Assembly (NCBI GenBank): GCA_000990355.1
Contig: LBSX01000004.1
Location: forward strand, 1,757 to 65,756
DNA length: 64,000 nt
Source: Candidatus Magasanikbacteria bacterium GW2011_GWC2_37_14
Lineage (GTDB): Bacteria > Patescibacteriota > Patescibacteriia > Magasanikbacterales > UBA922
Reading direction: 5' to 3'
The notes below the pieces were generated by a model. It searched no databases and was not told the DNA's origin. It saw only the letters and a list, made by a program, of their open reading frames with translations. This document shows, piece after piece, positions 27,704 through 37,110 of the stretch. Made by a program: the position numbers and the translations under genes. Every line of letters begins with the position of its first letter. The stretch's first letter is position 1.

Positions 27704-29755
27704 ATGAATAAAATTATTGAAAAAATTGCCAAGTATCTCATCATCGCTTCGTTTTTCGTCCCGCTTATTGTTTTGCCAACCAGCTATATTTTTCCCTTCA
27801 TCGTTCCTAAGATTTTATGGTTTCGGAGTATTAGTTTGTTAATTTTTGCTAGTTATTTATTATTGTTATTTAGCAATTGGCAAAAATTTAAAATTAAATT
27901 TAATTTTTTAAATATTGCTGTTGGTTTGTTTTTTTTAAGTTTTATTGTTTCCACTTTTGTGGGAGTGGATTGGTACAAAAGTTTTTGGGATTCTCACGAA
28001 AGAATGCTGGGTTTGTTTACTTTGTTTCATTATTTACTTTATTACTTGGCTGTTAGCCGTCTCATTAATGGTTGGCCAGAATGGAAAGTGATCTTGCGTT
28101 GGTTTTTGGGTGCTGGGTTAATTGTAATGGTAATTGGCGGCATGCAACAAATTAATCCTGAACTTTTAATTAATCGTGGTGCTCATCGTGTTTCGGCCAC
28201 TCTTGGTAATGCGATATATTTTTCTGGTTATGGTTTGTTTTTATTTTTGCTTGGCTTGCTTTTGGCTATAAAAGAAAAAAAAACAACCCTTCGGCTGGGC
28301 TCAGGACAAGCCTTCTGGTTTTGGTATGCTTGTATAGGTAGTTTGTTTGGTTTTTTGGGAATATTTTGGGGTGGTACTCGTGGTACTACTTTGGGGTTGT
28401 TAGTGTCTTTGGCGGTTATATTTTTTGGTTATGTAATTACTACCAAAGAACACAAAAAATTAAGACAAATGTTATTGTTTTTATCGATATTTTTTATAGT
28501 AGTTTTGGGAATATTGTTTGTTTATCGGAAAAATGAAACCATAAAAAGTATTCCTACACTTGGCAGGTTGTTAAATGCTTCGATTACCGAAGGTAGTGGT
28601 CTTACGCGTTATATGGCTTGGGGGATTGCGGTTGAAGGCTTTAAAGAAAAACCAGTGTTTGGTTGGGGGCCAAATAATTATTATTATGCTTTTAATAAAT
28701 ATTATAACCCAGCGTTTTTAGAACATGGTTGGACTGAAACCTGGTTTGACAATGCTCATAGTGTCATTTTTAATACTTTGGCAGTACAAGGATTTACTGG
28801 TTTGGGTGCCTATCTATTAATGTTTATAGCTGGGGCTTGGATGTTAATTAAGGCTTATAGAAATAAAGGAATAGACCAGCATATTTTAGTATTAAGTATG
28901 GCATTTTTAGCTGGCCATTTTGTGCACAATGCTACAGTATTTGAAAATCCTACGTCATATTTATATTTCTTTTTCTTTTTGGCATTTATAAATTCACAAA
29001 CTGCAGATAACAAACAGCAGATAACAGATAACAAAAAAACATCAGAAATTTCTGTTGGTTTGCTAGTGACAATCGGTCTGATTTTATTGCTCATCATTTA
29101 CTCTACGAATATTAATCCTGGACGGGCAAATAATAATACTCTGCAAACTTTAATGGCTTTTTCTACTGGCAAGGATGTTTTTGGCCCTTATGAAATAGCC
29201 CAAAGTACTCCCACACCTCATATAGATGATATTCGTAGTGATTTTGCTCGTACTGCTATTCAAGCTTTGCCACAAATTTATCAAAGTAAACAAACAGATT
29301 TGGCCAACAAATTAGCTGATTTGGTAATTAATGAATTACAAAAGAATCTAGTTTTACACCCAATGGATATTCGTACTAATCTGGCTTTAAGTCAGGTTTA
29401 TGGTTTACGTGCTCAGGCAGAAAACAATGGGCAGTGGCTTCTAAAAAGTGAACAAATTTTAAATCAAGCTTTAAGTTATTCACCAAAAAGACAACAAGTG
29501 CTTTTTGTATTATCTAGTGTAGAATTAGGTTTGGGCAAAGTGCCTGAAAGTTTAAAATTAATCCAGCAAGCCTTGGATAGTGATAATAAAATTGCCGAAG
29601 GTTGGTGGCGCTTGGCAGTTACTTATGCGCAAATTGGCAACAAAAAAATGGCTATAGAAACCATTAATAAAGCAAAAAGTTTAAATATTGAGCCTACCGA
29701 AGAACAACAAGCTTTACTTGATCAGGTTATGGGTGTAAGTAGCACTCAAAAGTAG
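27704..29755 (+). CDS. O-antigen ligase-family (Wzy_C) membrane protein with C-terminal TPRs
   Basis: Many TMs; RVSATLGNAIY, GTRG, KPVFGWGPNNY, FDNAHS; ATG 27704 since 27692 is in a repeat. Confidence 0.85.
   Translation: MNKIIEKIAKYLIIASFFVPLIVLPTSYIFPFIVPKILWFRSISLLIFASYLLLLFSNWQKFKIKFNFLNIAVGLFFLSFIVSTFVGVDWYKSFWDSHERMLGLFTLFHYLLYYLAVSRLINGWPEWKVILRWFLGAGLIVMVIGGMQQINPELLINRGAHRVSATLGNAIYFSGYGLFLFLLGLLLAIKEKKTTLRLGSGQAFWFWYACIGSLFGFLGIFWGGTRGTTLGLLVSLAVIFFGYVITTKEHKKLRQMLLFLSIFFIVVLGILFVYRKNETIKSIPTLGRLLNASITEGSGLTRYMAWGIAVEGFKEKPVFGWGPNNYYYAFNKYYNPAFLEHGWTETWFDNAHSVIFNTLAVQGFTGLGAYLLMFIAGAWMLIKAYRNKGIDQHILVLSMAFLAGHFVHNATVFENPTSYLYFFFFLAFINSQTADNKQQITDNKKTSEISVGLLVTIGLILLLIIYSTNINPGRANNNTLQTLMAFSTGKDVFGPYEIAQSTPTPHIDDIRSDFARTAIQALPQIYQSKQTDLANKLADLVINELQKNLVLHPMDIRTNLALSQVYGLRAQAENNGQWLLKSEQILNQALSYSPKRQQVLFVLSSVELGLGKVPESLKLIQQALDSDNKIAEGWWRLAVTYAQIGNKKMAIETINKAKSLNIEPTEEQQALLDQVMGVSSTQK
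28287..28310 (+). repeat. 24-bp family E element, in frame in ligase gene
   Basis: CCCTTCGGCTGGGCTCAGGACAAG read as LRLGSGQ between TM segments. Confidence 0.75.
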
Positions 29756-31160
29756 TGGCAAGCATTTTTTCTAGTGTATAATTTGGTTTAGGGCTTTGTG
29801 TAAATTGTTCTTGCAAATTTTGATTAGAAATAATTTTTACTAAATTTTCTGCTAATAATTCCGAAGAAGCAGGGGAGAGCAACCCTGTTTTTTCATGTTC
29901 TATTAATTCGGGAATTCCACCAACGTTTGTGGCGACAATTGGCAAATTAGCGCTTAAAGCTTCCAAAATAGTATAAGGCAAACCTTCTTTTCTGGAAGGT
30001 AAAACAAAAATATCAAAGGCAGTTAAATATTGGCTAGCGTTTTCTATTGAACCAAGTAGGTGAATGTTGTTAATTTGTAATTTGTTTATTTGTTGTTGTA
30101 ATTTTTCATGTTCTGGCCCTTCGCCAATAATGATAAACTTGGCACTGTCATTGCGAGGAGCCTCAAAAGGCGACGAAGCAATCCCGCCGCTTTCATTACG
30201 AGCCTCGCTCGAGGGAGGCGTGGCAATCCCTTGCTTCATTGGGATTGCTTCGTCAGTCAATGCGAATTGACTTCCTCGCAATGACAATAACTTTACCGCC
30301 TCAATCAAAATATCAATTCCTTTAGTTTTATATAAATTAGCAATCGTACCTACCCAAATGTTACCACTGTCATCCCGACCGAGGCTCGCGACGAGTGGAG
30401 CCTGCCTGCCGGCAGAGGCAGGGGATCTCTTGGTGTTGTGTAAGGGATTCCTCGGTTCCGCTCCGCTACACTCGGAATGACAGACAGACGCTAAAAATCG
30501 TCTCGCCACATCTCTTTCCAAAAACACCGTCTTTTCAATTCCCAATGGTATTTTAACTAATTTGTTTTTTGCAATACCTAAATCCATTCCATCCTGATAA
30601 TCTTTATCCGACAAAACAATAATTTTATCTTTTAATTTAGCAGTAATTTTTTCCAAAAATCTATAAATTGTTTTTCTAAAATTGTTCATTGGCTCATTAA
30701 ACACCCAGCCGTGAACCGTGTACACCAACTTGTCATTGCGAGAAGTCCCGAAGGGCGACGAAGCAATCCCAAGTCTAGCAAGAGACCCAACAATTCCTGC
30801 TTTAGAGCTATTTAAATGTACAACATCTGGCTTTAGTGTTTTATATAGTCTTCTAAGCTCAAAAATAGCTAAAATATCATGCCAAGGACAAATTTTTCTT
30901 ACTAAATGTGAAAGTTGTACTATTGTTATGCTATTTGCCCCTCGGCCTGAGCTCGGGACGAAGGTTATCTGTTTTTTGTTATCTGCCAAAATTTTCTCTT
31001 GTAATTCCTTTTTTCTATTCTTTTCTCCCACAGCCACAAAAACCTGCCAGTCAGTAGGTGTATTAATAGCCAAGTCATATACATATCTCTGCGCTCCACC
31101 CCACTCACCTTGGGTAATTACATAGAGAATTTTCTTTTTTTGTTTATCTTGACTTTCCAT
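29727..31160 (-). CDS. GT4 glycosyltransferase with four in-frame inserts
   Basis: GEWGGAQRYV, HLNSSKAG, YTVHGW, FVLPSRKEGLPYTILEA, VATNVGGIPE. Confidence 0.92.
   Translation of the reverse strand: MESQDKQKKKILYVITQGEWGGAQRYVYDLAINTPTDWQVFVAVGEKNRKKELQEKILADNKKQITFVPSSGRGANSITIVQLSHLVRKICPWHDILAIFELRRLYKTLKPDVVHLNSSKAGIVGSLARLGIASSPFGTSRNDKLVYTVHGWVFNEPMNNFRKTIYRFLEKITAKLKDKIIVLSDKDYQDGMDLGIAKNKLVKIPLGIEKTVFLERDVARRFLASVCHSECSGAEPRNPLHNTKRSPASAGRQAPLVASLGRDDSGNIWVGTIANLYKTKGIDILIEAVKLLSLRGSQFALTDEAIPMKQGIATPPSSEARNESGGIASSPFEAPRNDSAKFIIIGEGPEHEKLQQQINKLQINNIHLLGSIENASQYLTAFDIFVLPSRKEGLPYTILEALSANLPIVATNVGGIPELIEHEKTGLLSPASSELLAENLVKIISNQNLQEQFTQSPKPNYTLEKMLATTFECYLHP
30146..30286. repeat. 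Family B element, 141 bp, in frame
   Basis: TGTCATTGCGAGGA..TCCTCGCAATGACA with duplicated left arm. Confidence 0.9.
30368..30482. repeat. TGTCATCCCGA element with nested family F, in frame
   Basis: Left part nearly identical to 6529-6588, including F at 30401-30422. Confidence 0.9.
30731..30770. repeat. Family B half element, in frame
   Basis: TGTCATTGCGAGAAGTCCCGAAGGGCGACGAAGCAATCCC = GIASSPFGTSRND. Confidence 0.85.
30935..30985 (-). repeat. Family E element plus heptamers, in frame
   Basis: Minus strand CAGATAA CAAAAAA CAGATAA then CCTTCGTCCCGAGCTCAGGCCGAGGGGCAA. Confidence 0.7.
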
Positions 31161-31233
31161 AGTATTTATAGCATAATATATTTAGACTTTTTTTGCAAGA
31201 ATAAGCGGAAAAAACTGTCATGCCTAACTAGTC

Positions 31234-31329
31234 TGTCATGCTGAATTTATTTCAGCATCTCTCTTAATATTAAAAAGATCCTGAAACCTTTCGGCGTGAG
31301 CTCAGGTCGAATGCAAGTTCAGGATGACA
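31234..31329. repeat. Family A element with nested 27-bp family E element
   Basis: CCTTTCGGCGTGAGCTCAGGTCGAATG at 31287-31313, same site as in 27576-27697. Confidence 0.88.
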
Positions 31330-31335
31330 ATTACT

Positions 31336-32295
31336 ATGAACATTCTAATAACCGGTGTGGCAGGTTTTATAGGCTCGCACTTAGCCGAAGCCCTTATTGC
31401 CAATGGGCATCAGATAATTGGCGTAGATAATTTATTTACGGGGAGTTTGGAAAATATTAAGCATTTACAAAATAATGCTAATTTTAAGTTTATTGAACAC
31501 GATATTGTTGAACCTTTGTTTTTAGACCCTTCGGTAAACTCAGGGCAAGCGAAAATTGATCAAATTTACAATCTTGCCTGTCCTGCCTCGCCCATTCATT
31601 ATCAAAACAACGCGGTACATACTATCAAAGCTAATACTTTGGGTGTAATCAATATTTTGGGCTTGGCCCGAAAGTATGGGGCGACAATTTTACAAGCTTC
31701 TACCTCCGAAGTGTATGGCGACCCAGAAATTCACCCTCAAACAGAGGAATATCGTGGCAATGTAAACCCTATTGGTCCGCGAGCTTGTTATGACGAGGGT
31801 AAACGCGTAGCCGAGACTCTTTGTTTTGATTATCACCGCATGCACGGCTTAAAAATCAAAGTGGCCCGGATTTTTAATACTTATGGACCAAAAATGTCTT
31901 TTAATGACGGCCGAGTGGTTTCTAATTTTATTGTCCAAGCTTTACAAAACCAGCCAATTACGATTTATGGTCAAGGTGAGCAAACTCGTAGTTTTTGCTA
32001 TGTAAGTGATTTGGTAGAAGGGCTAATTAAATTAATGAACAGTGGAGAAGAAGTTACCGGGCCAATAAATTTAGGCAATCCTGAAGAATTTACTATTTTA
32101 GAATTAGCTAAAAAAGTTATTAATTTAACCAAAAGTTCTAGCGAATTAGTTTTTAAAGATTTGCCAGTAGATGATCCACAAAAACGTTGTCCTAATATTA
32201 CCAAAGCCAAAGAAATATTAAATTGGCAACCAGAAATTGATTTGGAAGAGGGACTAAAATTAACAATTAGTGAATTTAAAGAAAGATTATGTTAA
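31336..32295 (+). CDS. UDP-glucuronate decarboxylase (UDP-xylose synthase) family
   Basis: [51 protein letters not shown]. Confidence 0.93.
   Translation: MNILITGVAGFIGSHLAEALIANGHQIIGVDNLFTGSLENIKHLQNNANFKFIEHDIVEPLFLDPSVNSGQAKIDQIYNLACPASPIHYQNNAVHTIKANTLGVINILGLARKYGATILQASTSEVYGDPEIHPQTEEYRGNVNPIGPRACYDEGKRVAETLCFDYHRMHGLKIKVARIFNTYGPKMSFNDGRVVSNFIVQALQNQPITIYGQGEQTRSFCYVSDLVEGLIKLMNSGEEVTGPINLGNPEEFTILELAKKVINLTKSSSELVFKDLPVDDPQKRCPNITKAKEILNWQPEIDLEEGLKLTISEFKERLC
31526..31549 (+). repeat. 24-bp family E element, in frame
   Basis: ACCCTTCGGTAAACTCAGGGCAAG = PSVNSGQ between EPLFL and IDQIYNLA. Confidence 0.75.
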
Positions 32296-32296
32296 C

Positions 32297-32354
32297 TGTC
32301 ATCCTGAATTTATTTCAGGATCCCTTGGGATTCTGAAACGAGTTCAGAATGACA
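32297..32354. repeat. Family A element
   Basis: TGTCATCCTGAATTTATTTCAGGATCCC..GGGATTCTGAAACGAGTTCAGAATGACA; compensatory stem changes versus other copies. Confidence 0.88.
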
Positions 32355-32363
32355 TTTTGTATT

Positions 32364-33128
32364 ATGAAACAAAAAATTTGTTTTTTAGCAATAGACACCG
32401 AAGAGGACTTTATAAATAGTCAGACTGTTAATAGTTTTGAAGGGGTCAAAAATTTAAAATTAATTAGTCCAATTCTAAAAGAGTTTAAACTTCGGCCAAC
32501 TTTTTTTTGTACGGGTAAAGTCTTAGAAAATTTTGCTAGTTTATTTAAGCAATATCAAAATTTTGGTTGTGAAATTGCTTTACATGGTTTTTATGACCAT
32601 TTAAATATGAAAGAACAAAATCAAAAAGAACGAGAAGAAAAATTATCTAAACATTACAATTTATATCAAAATATTTTTAAGGAAGCACCAGTCGGTTTTC
32701 GCGCGGTGCAAAATACTATTGACGAAGCAGGTTTAAAACTATTAGAAAATAAATTTAAATACGATTCTAGTATAATTTCTTTTTATCCACATTTTAAAAA
32801 ATATATTGGTTATACTGGTAAAACTGCCAGTAAACTTTATCGGCCAGATAATTTAAATATTTTGGAAATTCCCTTAAATCCCTTGTTTGCTGGGGTGCAA
32901 TTGCAAGGTAAATGGCTTAGAGAATTAGGTGTAGTTTTTTATAAATTTTGGTTGAAAATAAAACAACCAGAGTTAATTAGCCTAAGTTTTCATAGTTGGG
33001 ATTTAAATCCAGAACAAAAAAATGGGGGAGAAATTTTTGTTGGTTATTTGCGAAAAATTATTTTACTCTTAAAAGAACAAGGTTATGAGTTTAAGAATGG
33101 CCAAGAAATTTATGGAGAATATAAATAA
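32364..33128 (+). CDS. Polysaccharide deacetylase family
   Basis: LAIDTEED, TFFCTG, EIALHGFYDH, GFRA, YDSS, FHSWDL. Confidence 0.85.
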   Translation: MKQKICFLAIDTEEDFINSQTVNSFEGVKNLKLISPILKEFKLRPTFFCTGKVLENFASLFKQYQNFGCEIALHGFYDHLNMKEQNQKEREEKLSKHYNLYQNIFKEAPVGFRAVQNTIDEAGLKLLENKFKYDSSIISFYPHFKKYIGYTGKTASKLYRPDNLNILEIPLNPLFAGVQLQGKWLRELGVVFYKFWLKIKQPELISLSFHSWDLNPEQKNGGEIFVGYLRKIILLLKEQGYEFKNGQEIYGEYK

Positions 33129-34086
33129 CAATTTAAAAGAAATTACTAATTTGTTAGAATGGCAAAATTTTTTAGACAAAGCTGAACGCCAGCATTGTTT
33201 TTTTTCTGTTGTTTGGGAAAAGCAAGTGGAAAATTATTTTTCTGATTGGCAGTTTAAACATTTTTTATTCAAAGATAATTTTTTAGTTAGTGTTTTGGTG
33301 AATAAAGAAGGTAGAGCAGTGAGTGTGCCTTTTTCAGAAGTAGGTAACATTATTGCTTTAGATTATAGTCAAGAGCTTGATACAAATGATCTAAAAATCG
33401 TTTTAGCAAATATTTTTAACAGTTTTAAATTAACAGTCAACATTTTTTATTGCCCTGTAAAAAACATAGAAGAAACAATGTTGATAGATTATGTTTTGCC
33501 TTTAAACAAATTTAATTCTTTGGAAGAATTAGAAAACAACTATCGCAAAACTACACGTCAAGAAATTGAAAAGTCCAAAGTAGAAATAAAAGTAATGGAA
33601 AACATCAAAGAACTCAAACAAGTTTATAAATTATATTTAAAAAATATTCGGGCAAAAATGAATTTAGTTTTGCCATATAGTTTTTTTGAGTATTGGTTCC
33701 AAAACAAAGAAACTTTTTTGTTATCGCTGATGAACGGTAAAATTGTTGGTTTTTCGCTGTATTTAGAAAATAAAAATCTTACTCATTATTTTTTAAATGC
33801 TTCTAGTCTTGTAGGTAAACAAAGTGGCGCTACGCATGCACTTTTAAGTAGTCAAATTAAAAATAGTTTTAATAAACAAATAAAGTATTTTGAATTTGGC
33901 GGTACTAAAAAAGATTCAAATTTAGAAATATTTAAAAAGGGTTGGGGTGGAGAAGTTTATAATATTTATACTATTAGTAATCAAGAATTTGTAAACATCA
34001 AATCAAAAGGTCGTACTTTATGGAAATTCGTGCCGTTGTGTTTGTTACCGTATCTAAGTAAAATTTTGTGGAAGAGATTTTTATAA
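33112..34086 (+). CDS. FemAB-like GNAT acyltransferase
   Basis: YRKTTRQEIEKS, YFEFGGT..LEIFKKGWGG. Confidence 0.75.
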   Translation: MENINNNLKEITNLLEWQNFLDKAERQHCFFSVVWEKQVENYFSDWQFKHFLFKDNFLVSVLVNKEGRAVSVPFSEVGNIIALDYSQELDTNDLKIVLANIFNSFKLTVNIFYCPVKNIEETMLIDYVLPLNKFNSLEELENNYRKTTRQEIEKSKVEIKVMENIKELKQVYKLYLKNIRAKMNLVLPYSFFEYWFQNKETFLLSLMNGKIVGFSLYLENKNLTHYFLNASSLVGKQSGATHALLSSQIKNSFNKQIKYFEFGGTKKDSNLEIFKKGWGGEVYNIYTISNQEFVNIKSKGRTLWKFVPLCLLPYLSKILWKRFL

Positions 34087-34087
34087 T

Positions 34088-35920
34088 ATGAAAATATTAA
34101 TGCCAGTTTTACATTATCATCCAATTATTGGTGGTTTTGAAATTTTTATAAAAAATATTTGTGATCGGCTTAAAGACAAGGCTGAAATTTTTGTGGTAAC
34201 TGGAAAAGTAAATAATCAGCCAGCTTTTGAGCAAAGTGCAGGTTTAAGAATTTATCGCAACGCTTCGTTGTTTACTTTAAAAGATTATTCTTATAGTTCT
34301 TATTGGTATATTTTTACCATGTTACCAATTTTATTTATTAAATCTTGGTCGTTAATCAAAAAAGAAAAAATTGAATTACTCCATGCCCAAGGTTATTTTA
34401 GTGGAATTATTTGTTTATTACTAAAAAAATTAACTGGCGTGCCTTATCTTATTACTATTCAATCAGCCGATTTTACAGTTTATCATTCCGAAGTAAAAGC
34501 AAATTTTATTGTCCGTTGGCAAGATAAACTAGAAAAAAAGGTTTACCGCGAAGCGAGTATTTGCCATGCTGTAAGTAATGATTTAGTAAAACATTTTGCC
34601 AATCAAGGTCGGACCGACGCGATAATGATTCCGAATGGTGTAGAAACCGACATTTTTAAACCAATTATATGGCAAGAAAAAAATAAAATAAGAAATGAAA
34701 TTGGTATCCGAGAAAAATTTGTAATTAGTTGTGTTTCGCGACTGCAAGAGAAAAATGGTACTCATGATTTAATTTCGGCAATTGCTTTGCTAAAAAAAGA
34801 GGGAATTGCTGTAGAATGCTGGATAATTGGTGACGGTCAAGAACGAGCTAGGCTAGAAAAATTAGTTGGTGAATTAAATATTAAAGATAATATAAAATTT
34901 TTGGGTCAAATTTTACACGAAGATGCAGGAAAATTGGTGGCAGCCACCGATTTGTTTGTGCGTCCTTCTTTGGCTGAAGGCTTTGGTATTGTTTATTTGG
35001 AGGCCTTTGCCTGTGGCGTGCCAGCAATTGGCACTCCGGTTGGAGGAATTCCAGACTTTATTGTTGAAGGGGAGACTGGTTTAATTTGTCAAGTTGCCAA
35101 CCCCAAAGATTTAGCAGAAAAAATAAAATTACTAATAAGTAATGAAGAATTAAGAAATAAAATTATTGCCAATAGTTTTAAATTGATAAAAGAAAAATAC
35201 AGTTGGGACAAGATTGCCGAAAAAATTCATAATCTTTATTTAGAAAATAATCAAAAAAATGATCAAATAAAAAAATGGGTCTCTGAATTTAGAGTTAGAA
35301 ATAATTGGGATTCGGCCAAACAAAGAAAAGTTCAAGAAAAAGAAGCAAAATATATTTATAATTTTTTTAAAAAAATAGCTTTACCAAATAAAAATATTTT
35401 AGAAATTGGCAGTGGCAATGGTTATTTAGGTGCTTATTTAATTGAGTTGTTTTCTAAAAATGAAAAAATAAAGTATACTTTTTCTGATCTTATTCCTGAA
35501 TGTGTGGAATTGTGTAAAAAAAATACTGTATTATTAAAGAATGATAATATATTTTACAAAGTATTAGATGTTTATAACCCGGGAAATATTTCTGGTTATA
35601 ATATAATAATTTCCACGGGCTATGCGTCGGCAGCAACTTACAAAGAAGCAGTGCCAATTTTAGCAAAAAATATCCAAAGTGGGGCATATTTAATTTGTGA
35701 TTTTGTTAATCATTTTTCAATATTTGTTTTTTTTCAGCACCCTTACAATAGATTAAAACAATTTATTAAATATCTACTAAAGAAATCAGACAAGAAAAAT
35801 TATCATTTTGGAAAATTAGGTATAAAAAATTATTTTGGTGTTTATGATTTAAAATTAGTAAAGATAAATAGTTTAAGGTTTAGAAGAAATCCGTTTATAG
35901 CAGTTTTTAAAAAAATATGA
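34088..35920 (+). CDS. GT4 glycosyltransferase fused to class I SAM methyltransferase
   Basis: PSLAEGFGIVYLEA; C-terminal ILEIGSGNG. Confidence 0.88.
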   Translation: MKILMPVLHYHPIIGGFEIFIKNICDRLKDKAEIFVVTGKVNNQPAFEQSAGLRIYRNASLFTLKDYSYSSYWYIFTMLPILFIKSWSLIKKEKIELLHAQGYFSGIICLLLKKLTGVPYLITIQSADFTVYHSEVKANFIVRWQDKLEKKVYREASICHAVSNDLVKHFANQGRTDAIMIPNGVETDIFKPIIWQEKNKIRNEIGIREKFVISCVSRLQEKNGTHDLISAIALLKKEGIAVECWIIGDGQERARLEKLVGELNIKDNIKFLGQILHEDAGKLVAATDLFVRPSLAEGFGIVYLEAFACGVPAIGTPVGGIPDFIVEGETGLICQVANPKDLAEKIKLLISNEELRNKIIANSFKLIKEKYSWDKIAEKIHNLYLENNQKNDQIKKWVSEFRVRNNWDSAKQRKVQEKEAKYIYNFFKKIALPNKNILEIGSGNGYLGAYLIELFSKNEKIKYTFSDLIPECVELCKKNTVLLKNDNIFYKVLDVYNPGNISGYNIIISTGYASAATYKEAVPILAKNIQSGAYLICDFVNHFSIFVFFQHPYNRLKQFIKYLLKKSDKKNYHFGKLGIKNYFGVYDLKLVKINSLRFRRNPFIAVFKKI

Positions 35921-37110
35921 AAATATTAATTACCACAGGAATTTATCCACCAGACATTGGTGGGCCAGCTCGAATGATAGAAAAAATGGCTGAAGAATTA
36001 AGCAATAACAATTTTAAAATTGAAATTTTGACTTTTGGTGACGAGGGATTGGTGGAAAATGGAAAATACAAAGTTTTTAAAGTTTCTAAGAAAAAATCAA
36101 AAATAAGTCAAAAAATAAAGTATGCTTTTTGGCTTTTTCGTTTGGCAAAAAAAAGTGACTTAATTTATACTTTTGATTTGTATACTGCTGGTTTTTTTTC
36201 TTGGTTAATCGGCAAAATTATTTTAAGAAAAAAATTGGTTGTTCGTTTTGCTGGAGATAGCGCTTGGGAAATAGCTAATAACCGTGGTTATACCAGTGAT
36301 GATATTCTTAATTTTCAAAATAAATTTTATGGGATTTACATTGCAGTTATAAAAAAATTTAGAAATTTGATTTTGCGAGGCGCCGATAAAGTTGTTTGTG
36401 TAAGTGAATTTATGGGTGATTTGGCAGAAAAAATTGGAGTAGCAAAAAATAAAATTGAGGTTATATATAATTCTGTGGAGTTTTTAGATTTTTCTAATAA
36501 ATCTAAAAATAATTTAATATCAGAATTAGATTTGCCTACAGAATCAAAAATAATTGTTACTGCCGGACGTTTGGTTCCTTGGAAAGGCGTCGCTGGTTTG
36601 ATAAAATCATTAAAAATTATTAAAAATACTCCAATTGGAAAAAATTTAAAATTATTAGTAATTGGAGATGGTCCGGAATTAGAAAATTTAAAAAAATTAG
36701 CTGGAGAAGAAGGAGTGTTGGAATCGGTTCATTTTACAGGTTTAATTTCCTTAAATAAGGTAATTGAGTATTATAAATTAGCTGATGTTTTTGTTTTAAA
36801 TTCTAATTATGAAGGATTATCGCATACTTTGTTGGAAGTTTTAAGTTTAGGGATACCGGTAGTGGCTAGTAATGTTGGTGGTAATCCCGAACTGGTTGAG
36901 AATAACAAAAATGGTGTTCTGATTTCCTACAATGATCTCTCGGCAATATCCTCGGCAATTGTGAGAATTTTGACCGAAGAAAAATGGAAAAGTGACGAAT
37001 ATAAAAAAGAGTGTGCTAAGATTTTAGAAAAATTTACTTGGAAAAATAATATTGAAAAAACCATTAATCTTTTAAAAAATATTTACCATGAGCAAAGTAC
37101 TTTTAATTAA
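35917..37110 (+). CDS. GT4 glycosyltransferase
   Basis: YPPDIGGPA, GRLVPWKG, NSNYEGLSHTLLE. Confidence 0.92.
   Translation: MKILITTGIYPPDIGGPARMIEKMAEELSNNNFKIEILTFGDEGLVENGKYKVFKVSKKKSKISQKIKYAFWLFRLAKKSDLIYTFDLYTAGFFSWLIGKIILRKKLVVRFAGDSAWEIANNRGYTSDDILNFQNKFYGIYIAVIKKFRNLILRGADKVVCVSEFMGDLAEKIGVAKNKIEVIYNSVEFLDFSNKSKNNLISELDLPTESKIIVTAGRLVPWKGVAGLIKSLKIIKNTPIGKNLKLLVIGDGPELENLKKLAGEEGVLESVHFTGLISLNKVIEYYKLADVFVLNSNYEGLSHTLLEVLSLGIPVVASNVGGNPELVENNKNGVLISYNDLSAISSAIVRILTEEKWKSDEYKKECAKILEKFTWKNNIEKTINLLKNIYHEQSTFN

Noticed and set aside
27692-32349. ORF-track starts at 27692, 31324, 32349 (also 13043, 9398)
   Set aside because: These ATGs lie inside repeats; downstream ATGs give normal N-termini
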